Source: Balanoglossus misakiensis (Eukaryota; Animalia; Hemichordata). From it: 64,000 nt of DNA. Of the stretch, positions 38,366-52,000 are shown piece by piece. The number at the start of each line of letters is the position of its first letter. Position 1 is the stretch's first letter. The position numbers were made by a program, and so were the translations under genes. Location of the stretch: positions 6,179,531-6,243,530 of the forward strand of contig CM082592.2 in NCBI GenBank assembly GCA_040954595.2. The letters run 5' to 3'. The notes beneath the pieces are model-generated. The model searched no databases and was not told where the DNA came from. It worked only from the letters and a program-made list of their open reading frames with translations.

Positions 38366-39195
38366 ATAAAGGGAGTGTTCAGAAAATACTTTGGGGGGGG
38401 GGGTACACGTGCATGCCATAATATCTTCTCTGGACTCAAATTATGCCGTACGCGTGTAATTGACAGTGTTAATGCATAGATCTAATGAACGGACAGGTAG
38501 TCTTTGAACTTTACTCGAAAAAAATGAATACGAGTGACAAATTAAATTCCCAGTACAGAAAAGCCAAAAAAAAAAAAATTGGATGGTAATGGTAAGATAA
38601 AAGCATAAATAGTGTTTAAACTGTGAGACTTTGTAACCAAGTCTCAGACAACCAAATGATTATCAAACATTTTGGCAGAAATGCTTCATGACAATGTATA
38701 ATTAGTTTGTTTTTCATATATGTTAAATTCGTTTTAAACTACTAATTAGCCCAGGTGCTTTAAAATCAGTTTAAAATTAAAACAAAGAAAATGTTGATAG
38801 TCATGTAAATATTAGTCCATGGTTTCTTAAAATAAAGGTTATGTTGCAACTGTCACAGGAAAAATACACTTGCATGGAATGTGCTTTGTCAAAATCTTTG
38901 ATTGGGTTAAGAAAAAGATATCCAATGTTGGTTAAAATGAAATTGAATTGCAGATTTGTAGTGTATAAACTTTGCAATAGTCAACCTAAAAGACAGGTCA
39001 CCCATCCAACCCTGATTGCAAATATCCCCAAAAAGGTTTGTTCCCAAATTTCCTTACTGAAAATTCATTAACGATCCCCTGCAAAAATTTTGATTTGGTA
39101 CAAAATATATAAATTTAAGGTGTATTTTTTTCCTTTTCTTTGATGATACGTAAACATGGCACGGGAAGTCAATGTTTACATGTGTTTAATACTCC

Positions 39196-41062
39196 TTAGT
39201 AGTACCTCTTTGGTGGAATGTCCACATACTGGAATAGAGCACCGTCGCAATCCACCGGCTTCCCCACCCGCCTCCACAGCGTCAGTGTGTCCATGTGACC
39301 GGGCCAGTTGGGCAACTGCACTCTGTTGATGCAGCGGAAGTCCTTGCCCAGTTGCAGCTGGAAGGCCTGGGAGGTGGACTGCCCCCACGCGTTGCTGGAC
39401 ATGGTCTCCCCGAAGAGTTCGCCGATGTGGATGACGCTCTCGCCTCTGAAGTGTTTCAGGCAATCCACGGAAAACGTCGATGACTCTGGAAGGAGGTAAT
39501 CAATCACACAATGCGAGGTTATATTGAAAATACAACCACTTTTACCACTGAATCCATGGAAAAAAAATCAGCAGTTCCTGGACAAGGAAAAAAACCTACC
39601 GTCCGTGTCAGGCCAACCTATCATCAATGTCCTGTCGGAATGCTCTGCAAGTTTCTCCGGGCCACCATCCTGGGAAAGATTCAAAGTTAAAATCAGCAAT
39701 TCAGTTGAAGGTAACACCCAGGCTTTTACTGTATATAAACACATTGTTTTATACCACACTTCTGTTTCAAGACAAGCCACAAGTTAACAGTATACCACTA
39801 CACCTCCCAGTAGCTTCATGAATAAATATGGGTTGTGGGGCTTTAATTCCTTTCATTGTCATGGTTTGGTCACAATCCATTGTTCTTAATGGCAATGGCA
39901 CACTCCACTACAGAGAAAAGGGGGTGAATTGAGTCCCATACCCTGATTTCCATGTATCTCATCTCTGGAGCGAATTCAGAATTTTTGTCGTAGCATATCA
40001 CATCAACGCCTCTCTTCTGCAGTAAGTATTCCCAGTAACCACAACCCTGTGAAATCAAACAAGGGGAATTATCTTCAAATCAATTATACACAGCTCAGGC
40101 ACATATAAATACACAATTGTGTAAAATTAACTTTTGAGCCAAAAATTTAACAGTGGTTCTAATATGATCATTTTGACCAAGATACATTCTGCAAACCCAG
40201 TTCCTGTATGCATACTAGAAATACCAACACGATGATTTAGTAACACCCCATTAATCAAGTTGTCAAGTATTCATGGGCCGGGTACCTGATGGACACTCAT
40301 GGATGGACATGGCCCTGAATACACGCAGACATTCCACAGAGTTTGAGGAGTGCCTGCGAAACACTGAACTGTGGCAGCCCAACAGAATCTTGGTGAGAAT
40401 TTGGCTAGTTAACAAAGCAAATCACGGAAAGAGAATTTGTGAAACCTTTCTAATTTACATAAGCCCTGTCTAATTTGCATACTTGTCTAAATTGAACACT
40501 TTTTCCAGCATTTGTTGACACGAGTCATGTGACCTGAACTTCAACGACCCTTTTCACAAACCCGAATAGTGCATTCCACTGAAAATGGCATCTTTCTATC
40601 TGTACCAGCTATCAGGGGTACCTGTTCTGATATTTTGTGATTGACTATACCAGTACACAGTGGTAGTGCTACTGGTGTTACGCCCAGGAATGTACCTACC
40701 GAACCTATAGACACTATCGAGTCTTCTAAACCAACGATGAAGTCTATGGCGACCGGATACGGCACGGAAAATGCGAACAAAATCTGCAGGCTCTGGCACG
40801 ACCCGCTGTCTTCCACGTCGCGAATCCAATCGATCAGAAACTCCCGATCGTCGGCTTTGATATCCGGAGCGCAGAATCTTCTCACGTCATCCGGGGACTG
40901 GCTCATCTTCCACTGGTACAGATCGTAATACATGTTCCTGCCGTTGGCCTTCCTGCTTTCCAGGGTGTTCCACGCCGTGTTGTCTTCGACTGCGACATAC
41001 TTATACGCCGCCGATCGCCTCTGAATGTCCCAGGCGGGGAGCCTGTCCACGGCGTCTGCCAT
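39196..41062 (-). CDS. Uncharacterised class I SAM-dependent methyltransferase-like protein; exons 41062-40700, 40046-39942, 39669-39600, 39485-39196
   Basis: Spliced motif I IVSIGS|GCGYW; motif II-like VDVICYD; RTLMIGWPD; VIHIGE; preceded by FAFSVP. GT-AG junctions are in phase (0,0,1). The start codon is uncertain. Confidence 0.75.
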
Positions 41063-42025
41063 GTTGACGCTTTCACCTGTGTTTGAATCGGGGATGGGTG
41101 GGGTCATTGATGAATCAATGTAGGTCATTCAACAGCGCCACCGCCGGGAATCAAGGTATATATGGTGGCGCTGTTGTGTATCTAGCAACTGCCCAGATTT
41201 TTTCCGTCAACAAGAGGACAGCCATTTGGAGGCCCACAAGTTTATACTTATGCCCATTTATGGTTCTAACGCCATCCAATATTTACATATAACCACTTAA
41301 GGTGAAAGGGGGCGTGTCTATATGTTTGAATGACCAGGTAGTGAATTGTTCAGTTGCACCTTGACAAACAGACCGCAGCAAGTGCGCGAGACAAAATTTA
41401 TTTCAAAATAGTGAAAAATCTATAATACATTAGTGATACTGTAAAATGGGTCTGCAAACCACACTACATGCATGTATATACAACTGTACACCTGGTGTCA
41501 CAACCAATGGAATTCAAAGGTTGTGGAACTTTCAGAGTTGTAACCCAATCACAAACCCTGGCTTTTCTATCTTGTCCGCAATGCCAGTGCAGACACATGC
41601 AAAATGCTCAGTACTTAACAGAGTAAACAATGGACATAGATCATCAGAATCGGTTTTGCAGATAGATATCTGCTGCCCGCATGCGAGGAAGTTTACTAGT
41701 ATCACTGAAATATCTTCAAAAACAACCCAATAAAATAGTTTTCATATATTTTGCTCCAGATAAAATGACATGTCTCGTTAACAGTTGAAAAGTCTTTGTG
41801 GTGCAATATTATGGCAGTGTTTTTTGAATTGTAATAGATTTGCGTTCTGGACAATGATCTGTAATTTAAGCACCAGGGGCCAGTAGCTACATGTGTGTAC
41901 TGTCTTCATGTCTCCAGACCTCACCAGTTCTCATTCAGCGTTTCCAGCCACCTCAGTTCTCTGTACATCAAATACGACCCAGGACAAAATCTTGCACATG
42001 ATAGTCATGTGATCAAGTACAAATG

Positions 42026-44966
42026 TCATGTGATCATTACATCAATGACATCATCAGTCTCCATGTCCAAGTCATCTGGTGTATTATCTGGGCAAATTTT
42101 GTCTCCATCAAAGATGAAAGTAATGTTCGTCCGTGGAATTTTCTTAAATGCGCAGTACTGATCCATCAGCTTTTCCAGGGGATCTGTCTGTAATTTAAAA
42201 AAAAGAAAAGAAATATTTACACATGACACAAATTAGTTATTATGGAAAATATGGACATAAGTCTGCAAACCTCTTCTATGGTAAATTTGTTAAATTCTAA
42301 CTATGGATGTGCAGATTATCGGGACAGCCAAGACAAGAGATAAATTATGTTTACATAACAACTGAACAGTAGCCATGGGTCTCGATTATTGGCACAGTTC
42401 TTATCAGTGGCCCAAGGACTTAGCAATCAGAAATTATTTGTGGATCATACATAGCACTCTTCTTGTCGATGTTTTCCAAATCAAACCCAATTCAATGTGA
42501 ACCACACTTTTGAATAATGCAAGATCGCTACCAAAATATACAGAACAAGTTTTATTTGACTTACTCTTTTTATCGCTATAACTTTTTTGTTCTTCTCACA
42601 GCCTTGTACTTTGATGTGGACGTAACTGTCGTCGTCCTCGGCGACATCACCGGGGTCAGAGGTCACAGCACTGACATCTACAACTACACAATCTGTAAAG
42701 GTCATGTGTTTTAAGGACTCTTGTTAATAATTCTAGGACTATGATATGATAGGCATACAAACCCTGGATAATGGAACAGTCACACTGACCATCTCAATGA
42801 TTAGATAAGGCTATACCAAGGGTAAACTAAACATGGAGGACACAAATTGAATCTCAAATCAACCCACCTATGATATCGGTTATCTGCAAGTTTGTTGACA
42901 TCGGTGTGTCCGTGGCAACGATGGAGTCGTCTTTCAAAGTTAAAATGATCCTCTCTGCATCGACGTTCAGTTTGTCAGCCAGCGATTTCATGATGACACC
43001 AAACTGATCAGTCTGTGGAGAGATAAAAACATGAATAGATGCAAAGTAATCAAATTCTAACTTTTGCTTTCTCATGTACATTATGTTGTTTTTCAAGGAA
43101 TTCAGAGCCTTGTCCAGGACAACACAATAAGTGAGGTTCGTCCCCTTTTCCCACAATTTGAAGGGAGTACTGGAATGGGGCTGGGGCTGGCAATGATTTT
43201 GAAATACAGAAAATAAATTCATGTGTACAGGAATGTCTTAGCAGGGATATGAATTGTTAAAATAAATGCTACAATGTCCATACCATTTTCATATCATATC
43301 TTTGCACGCCAAGTTTGCACCTGATCTTGACTTTCATGGTTTTGTCCTCCGGGGCAGGAGAGGCTCCAAGTGTGAAGCAGTCATCCGGAGACCGGATTAG
43401 GGGACTATGGAAAGTGCTCCTCCGGATGGAGTCCATGGCTGCATCCACATTCCTGGCGAGAGAACAGAAAGTCAACTTCTTAATCTATATACAAGTCTAT
43501 CAAAGTTGTAAAATGTGTATTATGGGAGAGACAATAAATCATAGCTGTAACACTTTGCAATTTCATCACAAAACAATGCCCATTTAATCTGTGCCTGCAG
43601 TGGTGCAGTGCTACAAGTTGCTTTTGAGAACCTGACCAGTGTCGTGTGCAGGTAGAGGTCACCAGGTGAGAAGTCAAAGGTCACCTACCTGAGAACCTTG
43701 TTTGTTCTCCTGCTCCTTGTTGGCTGCACTAAGACACCGATCGAGGGGGGTGAGGGGGGAGGTGATGGTGACTTGTCCGTTAGACTGGTGTTCTGCTTCT
43801 CTGGAGTTCTGTGTACGAAAGGCAAGATTTAATTCTGATGAAAAATGTCCTCCAATTATGGTGTGAGATGAGTTAGATTTTAACTGATCAAAATGCTGCA
43901 AAAACACATTTATGATATGACGATACCCCCCCCCCCCACTTTATATCTGCCATGTTATCAAAATGCCACTTACTTGTAACCAACAATACACACATCATCA
44001 TCACCACGATCATGTTCTTCATCAGATGAAATATATACCTCCTTTGGCGTTGCACGCGTTCGCATTTTTTTGACTGGTGACAACTGTCCCTGCCAGGTAA
44101 TGCCATCATCATCCTCATCTGCAAAATTAATGTTCAAGACCTTATTTAATTCAAAAATGTACATTGGACGTGCACTTCAGTAATTCCCATGTCTTTTATG
44201 TGTAGTTGTTGTAAGACTAAAACAGAAAGAAGTATTTTAGGGGGGTCATGTTCAAATACCAGACTTCCGGTATACAGTGACCAGTGTGCCTGTGAGAATC
44301 GCAATGGTAACATTGATTTGTAAAATCGAGAATGAGATGAATAAATCAATACCTGAATCAATCAGCTGTGTTGGAACTCTTCTTTGGTCAAAACTGAATA
44401 AATTGTCACTGACTGTGTAAATATGCTCGTAAGATTTGACAGGGACGACACGTCTGGCCCGCTTTGTGGCTGCTTTCTTCTTTGTGGTTGCCTCGGGCAT
44501 GCTGTCTGAGCTGTCACTGTCCTACAGGAAAGTACATAGAGACGATGTTATGGTTTAAATTATCAGTCTGAGTGTCATCACACAGCTATCACACAACAGT
44601 TATCGCACTCCTAGACCAGTACGGGACTCCTCGCACAAATCGAACAAATGGTAGTGGCACGCAGAACTCATCCCAAAAGCCTTGAGTTTCGTGATTAAAA
44701 TACGCGGGGAATAAACGCGTGAAAACAATAAACCCGGAAATCAATGACGCTCGAGCTCGGTGACAATCGCGCACAGGCCCATTCGGTTGATTTGAATGCA
44801 TTAAAACTACCTGTAAGGGTACGGGGTGGTTAAATTTTGCTTCCAATGAAAACATACATTGCATATTCACACAAAAGCATAACATTACCTGTCCAACACG
44901 CGTCTTATTTCTCGTGTTTCCGGTTTCTTCGCCATCGCTGTCAATGACAGTCAAAACTTCCGCCAT
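42026..44966 (-). CDS. NFATC2IP: NFATC2-interacting protein (Nip45/Rad60/Esc2 family, tandem SUMO-like domains); exons 44966-44889, 44521-44353, 44118-43974, 43808-43689, 43452-43284, 43012-42868, 42692-42565, 42187-42026
   Basis: Acidic/basic disordered N-terminus with SIM-like VLTVIDSD and VYISSDEE; SLD1 (MKVKIRCKLG...DTPMSTNLQITDIIDC); SLD2 (IKVQG...DPLEKLMDQYC...FIFDGDKI..DNTPDDLDMETDDVIDV) lacking a C-terminal GG. Confidence 0.88.
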
Positions 44967-45104
44967 TTTGTCGTGTAATCTGCTGAAGGAGCACTTTATG
45001 TATGGCACTGTCTGATTGGCTACTGACTGGCATGACGGCCCGTTACATGTAAATAAGCACTCCGTGGGGAAACTATGGTCAAGTTTACATTAAAAACATT
45101 AAAA

Positions 45105-45481
45105 GTTTGTTTCACTTCTTGTAGTTAGCCGCCTCATGCGCCTGGAGCTGGAGGATCGGAGCCCCTCCCTCCTCCGAGGGAGCAGGGTTTCTCTACCGTC
45201 GGGGGCGCCCTCGAAAGCCAAAAGAAGCTCCGAGGAGCGAGGCAGGGAGCGAGGTGGCAAGCGAGAACAACTTGAAGATGTGAGGGAATCTGGCGGTCCT
45301 TGCGGCGGGTGGAGGGGAAGTGAAGGGGACACAGAGGAAATTGCCTGCATAACCTCTTCTGTTGGTCTTCAGAGAGTTGCCTTTCTGTCTGCGGCTGGGC
45401 TTAAATTAAGTCGACTTCCGCTAGCCTAAAGCTATGTAATGCCTTTGAATAAGTCAATTTGTTGGCGGATGACGGACAGGC
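45105..45481 (+). ncRNA. Candidate structured non-coding RNA with an H/ACA-like 3' domain (identity unknown)
   Basis: GC-rich island with several nested helices found by eye, AAATTA (ANANNA) at 45403-45408, 9-bp stem 45417-45425/45461-45469, ACA at 45476-45478. No expression or homology evidence. Confidence 0.35.
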
Positions 45482-48400
45482 GAATTAATTGGGGATATGC
45501 TGAAAAATTCCGTCAAATTCTACGTTGTTATGCGAGTCACCCGAGTTACCAAGTCTCCTGACTCTCAGCCGGCGCGGCCAACGCACGCAGACACTCAAGG
45601 ACGTATACACAATATATTAAATGCCGGACAAAACAAACTTACAAGCCACAAATAGAGATGGACAAGGGGAGCATGCAAATATGGGGGACCGACGTCTTTT
45701 GAAGCTAATTTCCGCTAGGTCGCACCATCAGCAAGTTTGCTGACCCCACCAGAATGATCAGTGCAATTATTGGACGGGTCGCTACGTCTTTCACCTGCGC
45801 GACCACATGCAGTCTTTTTTGGAGCATATGTAATATATAGAGACTTGCAGCCCACACACGACACCCTGGGACGACGACATGTAAAATAACTCACTCCGGG
45901 GTTCTCAAAAACCTACCTGGTATCATGTTGGTTATGCAACGCCTAGATTTTAATTATGATTTCTTCAAATTGCTTAGCCCAGTTGTTTGCCCAGCTGACC
46001 AAAGTCCCTACCCCTGTTGACAAATTTAAAACCCGTATAAAAAAAAGTGAGCAAAACTCATGTTTGTCTTGACTTAAAAATAAGAATTAGACCAAACACG
46101 CACTTCCAAATTGAGCCCCCCCCCCCAGACCAAACATTCAATCAGCAAATAACGTAAGAGAAAGATATGCAGCTAATAATAAAACCTGTAAGTCTACATA
46201 CTATAGTATATGATCGTACTTGTGTTTATACCTCTTTGGGCAGACAGAGACACGTACAGAGACAGTGACAGACAGGGTGAGACTGAGAGACCCATACATT
46301 AATGATTTAGTGATCTACAACGGAACGGTATATTTGGTCAGACCCACTAATCAACCTATCTGACTGCTCTGGCGGACTGATCTTCAGATAAGTGACGTTA
46401 TCAAGTGGTCCACGATTAGTCAGCGGGGGCGAGTGAACGATTGGTATACTGTCCTATTCATTTGGATGTACCGGTTCGCGCTTCTATCACAGTCCGGTCG
46501 TCGCCACCCACCCCGCGTCTAGCTGTCTCGTTGTTCCGACGCTAACTTGGTAGTCTTCTCGACAACGATCGACCGTACTGCGATCTCACGTTGACGATTT
46601 GACCGGTGTTCAACGCAGCGAAGGCCCGCAAATCACAGAGAGGTCGTTGCCTTCAACTCGACTCTGAGTGGCTGGTGTCGGTGTGGTGGTGGACTGTGCG
46701 CTTTATTGTCGAAAAGGGCTTCCCATGACAAACGTTCCAGTTCAAAGAACAACAACCATGTCTACAACCTGAGTTTATTTTTCTTGGCCGAAGGTAAGTC
46801 GCCAACAGCCGTTACGACACCTCAAGAGTCGTGCACACGGTAATAATACTTTACAGTCATATGATAATGAGAATTAACAACGTCGTGCGATCGCGGTGCT
46901 TCCAAGCACCGAGTTTGCCTACGCACACACACGGGTGGATTCCGAGGGCCTCCAGCCCCAGATACCCTACAAGTGCATTAGACACCGACCGTCTCTCTGA
47001 CACACATATCGTCTTTCTTTGCACGTCGACTGGCGGACACAGCGACGTGAGCGGCGTTCACCAGTGGAAACACAGAGAGACCCCTGTTCATCGTCGGTCA
47101 AAGCACCCGGCCAATTCACGACGAAATCACCAAACTCCGAAATTACCCCGCGTTCTTGGCATGTCTCTCTTTCCCTTCACCACTAAGTTTTACTGACAGA
47201 ACGCGTTTGTTTGACTCGACCTTTTGTGTTGGTATACAGCCCATTAAGAGAACCCCTTTCAAGGACTTTGAAGCCTGTGTCCGTATCTCTGATCCATGTC
47301 AAGAGAAACTGATCCAGTTTAATACATGTACGTCTGCGTTTTCTTTCCACTTGAACTACAAGTGTCGGCTGTTAAATATTCCGTCGTTTTCGACCGTGAG
47401 TATATGGATAATCCAACGCCCATAACACAACTTATGAGAATACTATTAGTATGTAACTTGCCATTAAATTAAAATACTTTGGCGTAGATCGGCACTCTTA
47501 CGGCGCTGCTTTATATCTACGTAAATTAAGGCCTGTCCTTGTATAACCGGGGTTATATAAGGGGGTCTTCAAGTGGCCCGTGGAGTGTAGTCTTGGGTTT
47601 TAATCCCGTAGTTCCAAGTCCTAACACTGAGCACCGAGAACTTGTACACCACATCAGCCAACACCTCGGCCGGCCATGAAGACGTCACTATAAATGTGGC
47701 GTTTTTTTACTACCGGACGACACTACCACGACTAAGCTCTGGTGTATTTCGCGCGGTGGTTGTTTGTGATATCGCCAGAACGTCACAAGTCACCAGAGTC
47801 CCCTCCAGTATACAGATGTCAGGGACTCGCTGTCAACGGTGTCATGGCAACACTGCCCCAGCCTCTACAAAAGTCAGGCACCGCCGAGAGGTCGGTCCAG
47901 ACTGGGAGTCTAGACTAGGGTGACTTTTGCCCCTGATATTCTCGGCTTTTCCCTTCTGTACAACAAAGTTAAAATACTTGACCCGGAAGCCATCATCAAA
48001 ACTTCGAGAAGGGCCCCCCAAAAAACTATCAATCCCACAGTCAGCTCTTGTATAGGCACCAACAAATCACGTGACTGGAAAATGAGGAAAAGATCTGAAA
48101 TTTGCCATCGAATCAGATCCAGTTGTCATTATTATTATTTAAGTCAAGAGAACTACTGGGTCCATAGCAAAGTTTGTGATTTCAAGAATGAAATCCTCGC
48201 TTTTGTCATACAGCCTAGTATGAAATGTATTCTTGTTTTAAAAAGTTGTGAAGGGGAACGATCACACCCTGTCGTTTCTTCTAATGTCCCAAGTCATCTA
48301 AATAGATAATTGGGGTTGTTCACACCATGGACGTTCTCTTTTACTGTCTCTAATTTTCACACTTTTTAAATTATCAATACATGTATAATGCATGCATGAC

Positions 48401-48969
48401 TTAATTCCGACCACCCCCACCGAGAGTTGCTGTTGTCATGGACACAAGGAGTGACAAGGGGGAAATCACAGTGCAAACTGATTACACAATACACAGCCCA
48501 GCGGCTAGTGCTGATGCTGTTACATAAATCTAACAGCAACCAACGCACGGCAAACAGTTAGAAAAAGTCTTTAATCTGATCAGGCCCTGATAGCAGATTG
48601 AAATGTTCACAATGGCAAAGATTCTGGAAACATAGCGGCAAAGGATTTAGAACTGTCCAGAGCGGAGACCCGGATATATCTCTCCATGCGTGTACCGGTT
48701 GGCGATTGCATTATAGACAAACCAAGGATTTCTGCTCTTACTGAAGGTTGATTTTTTCCCACGCCTCGTCACTACAGCCATGCCATAGTAGTTGCTTTTG
48801 ATTACGTCATTGTTTTCATCCCCTGGGGTGTTTCAAGAGAACAGTGTCGACCCCCGAGTTATGATCACACACAGTAAGCTCAGAGATAGATCAGATAGCA
48901 CCAGATTCGTACACAAAAGTCATGAGCACCAAATAGTATTTTCCAGTATTTGGTGCCCTTGCTTCAGAA

Positions 48970-48970
<1 letters not shown>

Positions 48971-49063
<93 letters not shown>
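48971..49063. repeat. Perfect (ATG)31 microsatellite
   Basis: 93 bp of uninterrupted ATG repeats. Confidence 0.97.
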
Positions 49064-52000
49064 CGCTTGCTCAGTCGATTGTTTTTTTTATTCTTCTCGA
49101 ATTCAAAATGGAGTTTCACTAGATTTCTCTCGTTGCCGCCGGGAAGTCTCAAATTAAATTGCTTATGAGGTTACCCAACCCTCACCTCGAGGACCGACGT
49201 TGCCGGACCCGCGCAAGTATACTCGAGGTTTCTTCAGGTATCATGGTATGCCGGAAAGCCGATACTTTTGCTTGGTGCCGGCGTTTCCAGGCAACCGCGC
49301 GTACCGAGACAAGACTCAAAAGACTTCGTAATTACACGTGTAGCTGCAGCCGACGATAGAACAGTGATTTACTTTGTTGGCAAATCGCTGGGACGGTACA
49401 AACGCGGCGATGACACTAATAATTGGTGCGGGGGCCGCTTTGTCTGCAGAAAGTCCGAGTCGGTTGGCTGTGCCGGGTAATGTGAGGGGAAGGCATGCAT
49501 TGTGCTCCGTCCAATTTCCAGTCCACCGCCAACATCCAGCCAGGAATGCCGCGTGCCTCAAAAGAGGCCTCCAAGAATTTCTCGGCATGACTTGGCTGCT
49601 CTGAGGCAAAGCAGCCCAGGCCTTTGTAACGGTGACGTTAATTGGACAAAGGCGGTCAACTACATGTATTTTTTGCAACTGTAGTCAAGATTATTATCGC
49701 GGGAATATGAGATGGTCCCAAGTGATAATTCAGGTAACACCGTTCATTATGTGCATGTAAACAGCTGTGGTTATTTTGTTGTTACGCGGGAAACAGATAT
49801 TGTGTCGCGGGAGTTCGCCTTGTTACCGAAAACTTACTGCGTCTGAAGTTTGTTCACTTTTCACCCCTCAGTCATGTACATAAGTTATACTACACTTAGC
49901 TATACGTATACACGCGGTAGTTGTCTGGTGTTATACAAGTGATCCCGTGCCAAGAGTGTTTTTAAATCATCGCCTTCTCGCGCCCGTGTACGCTCAAGAA
50001 AATCAGCTGAAAGCTTTTAGCACGAGTGGTAGCCAAGTATCATTCACATATATATTCGTAACCTTTGACCCAGTGACATGCCATAGTTAACACTGCGTGA
50101 CATTCTAAATATTTAACGTTGTGCACATCGACACGCCAGATTTGACGGTAATTTCCGTCTGGGTCGTACGCTGCCGTTATAAATGATACTAAATCAAACC
50201 GTAAAACTTTTTTTATGATTCTTAGATAAGCATGCGATGTATTTACAGTCAATTAATAGTTGCGCAATGAAACAGTTTTGTTGGGCAGTTAGCTTGTATA
50301 TTTACCAACTGCGTGTGCCCGCCGCATCGAACTCGACTGCGCCGCGTATAAAGGAAATATGAACCGCGCTGAGCTGAACCGAGCAACGGCTTCTGTTCAG
50401 CTTCGTAATATACACGGACGATGTCTGAGTGAATAACATCTCGTACCCCTTTGTCGCTGTACACGTACCGGCGGAATTGAAATGCGTCGAAAACAAACGT
50501 CGCCAGACACACTGAATGGCACTGTAGGTATTTTCGAGTTCATTCACCATTGATGTGAAGGAACCCGCGTTAAAAAGCAACGCTGGCCCCTGAAGTAAAC
50601 ATGTGAGGTGGTCTCGGGCCCCTTCCTCGGTTTGCAAGTCACAACGAGTGTCAAAAGTATTCTATTAATGGCTTTCTCGAACGCATGGGAACTTTGTACA
50701 GGCATTTTCGCCCCCAACTCATTTTCCTACGACGTCACAGCAGCTTCCGAAAAAGATGGTATAGTCTGTCGATAATCGCGGTTTTCCCCGAAATCCATCC
50801 AGAAATCAAAGTGTCTGCTAGACACGATTTGAAGGACAGACACACGCGGACAAATTCCAGGGAAATTTTTAAGAGAGGACCAGGAACCAAAATCCACCGA
50901 ACGGCTAGGCTACGAACAGGCACAGGACAACTGAGACTGTATGATGCGCCATGCGTTCTCCGCATGCAGCTTCGCACATATATAGAGCAAAGACACCCTT
51001 GCACTTTAAAACAGGGTCAAAAGTTCGAGGTCTTTGTCAATTGAACCATGGGTTAACTATAAGACAGATAGTACACCCACGTCAATCACTCAATGTGTGC
51101 CGTGGTGAACTCTCAATGTCACGTGTATAGTGGATTGCAATCAACCGTCTTGAGAATTCGAAATAGCCGTTAAGCATATTAGTTCACCAGTAACGGGGAA
51201 AAAAAGACATTTTAATTTTGTTATTTATTGCCTGAGTACTATCGAATTACTATGGCCATCTGCTATTGGTATTTAATACAACGTAGTTTTCAAACGCATT
51301 GGTACGACGGAGCTTCCTACATATGTGTGATTTACGCAATGTCCGATAGGATATCCCAAACATTGTCCGTAACAATTGGATACTCAATACCATACGCGTA
51401 ATGAAATATCGGGAACATATGCGCGATATAGTTGACGTGAATGTGTTACCATGGGGACCAGACGCTGTCGGCATTTCGAGTATGTCATCACATAAAGGGA
51501 TTATTTGTTAGTTTAAATAATTCACTCCACAGGACAAGAAGATTCTCGCCACTTTGCCGTTTCTCATATTCTCTAGCCCCGGGCATTTCTTTTTCAATGA
51601 CCACACGTTGCGCAAAAGACGTCAGGAATATTTGTTTTTCCAAAAGGCTAACTTTGTTTATAAGCATCTTCATAATCAAGAGAGGGTCGCGCAGATAAAT
51701 GACGCGTCCGTTGCCAATTAGTTGGAAGCACGTGCGGTCGGGACAACGAAAGAGAGGTCATCATGTATAGTTTTGTGTTTTGATTGGTTGGTTGGTTGGT
51801 TGGTTGCTACGACGGGCGGCTCGATAGTCTGACACAAGTTGGACAGGACGAACGCAAGCAATCGAAGCACCAGTTTTTGAACAGGATCAGGAAACTCTCT
51901 ATGATGGGGACAAAGTCGGGCGGATACGGGGCGAGTACAAAGTGAACGGTCGACGGAAAACTTGGATGGTCATGCTGTGAAAAGAAGCAGTAACCCACGA

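Noticed and set aside
45276-45296. GATGTGAGGGAATCTGGC, similar to the 5' end of vertebrate 7SK RNA
   Set aside because: Lacks the GAUC motifs and the 3' hairpin/oligo-U end of 7SK, and lies in the middle of the structured island.
45099-45429. Overlapping 83-aa and 97-aa ORFs
   Set aside because: Low-complexity products of GC/purine skew, with no domain motif or supporting splice sites.
48950-49168. Poly-Met and poly-Ile ORFs
   Set aside because: Translation artefacts of the (ATG)31 microsatellite.
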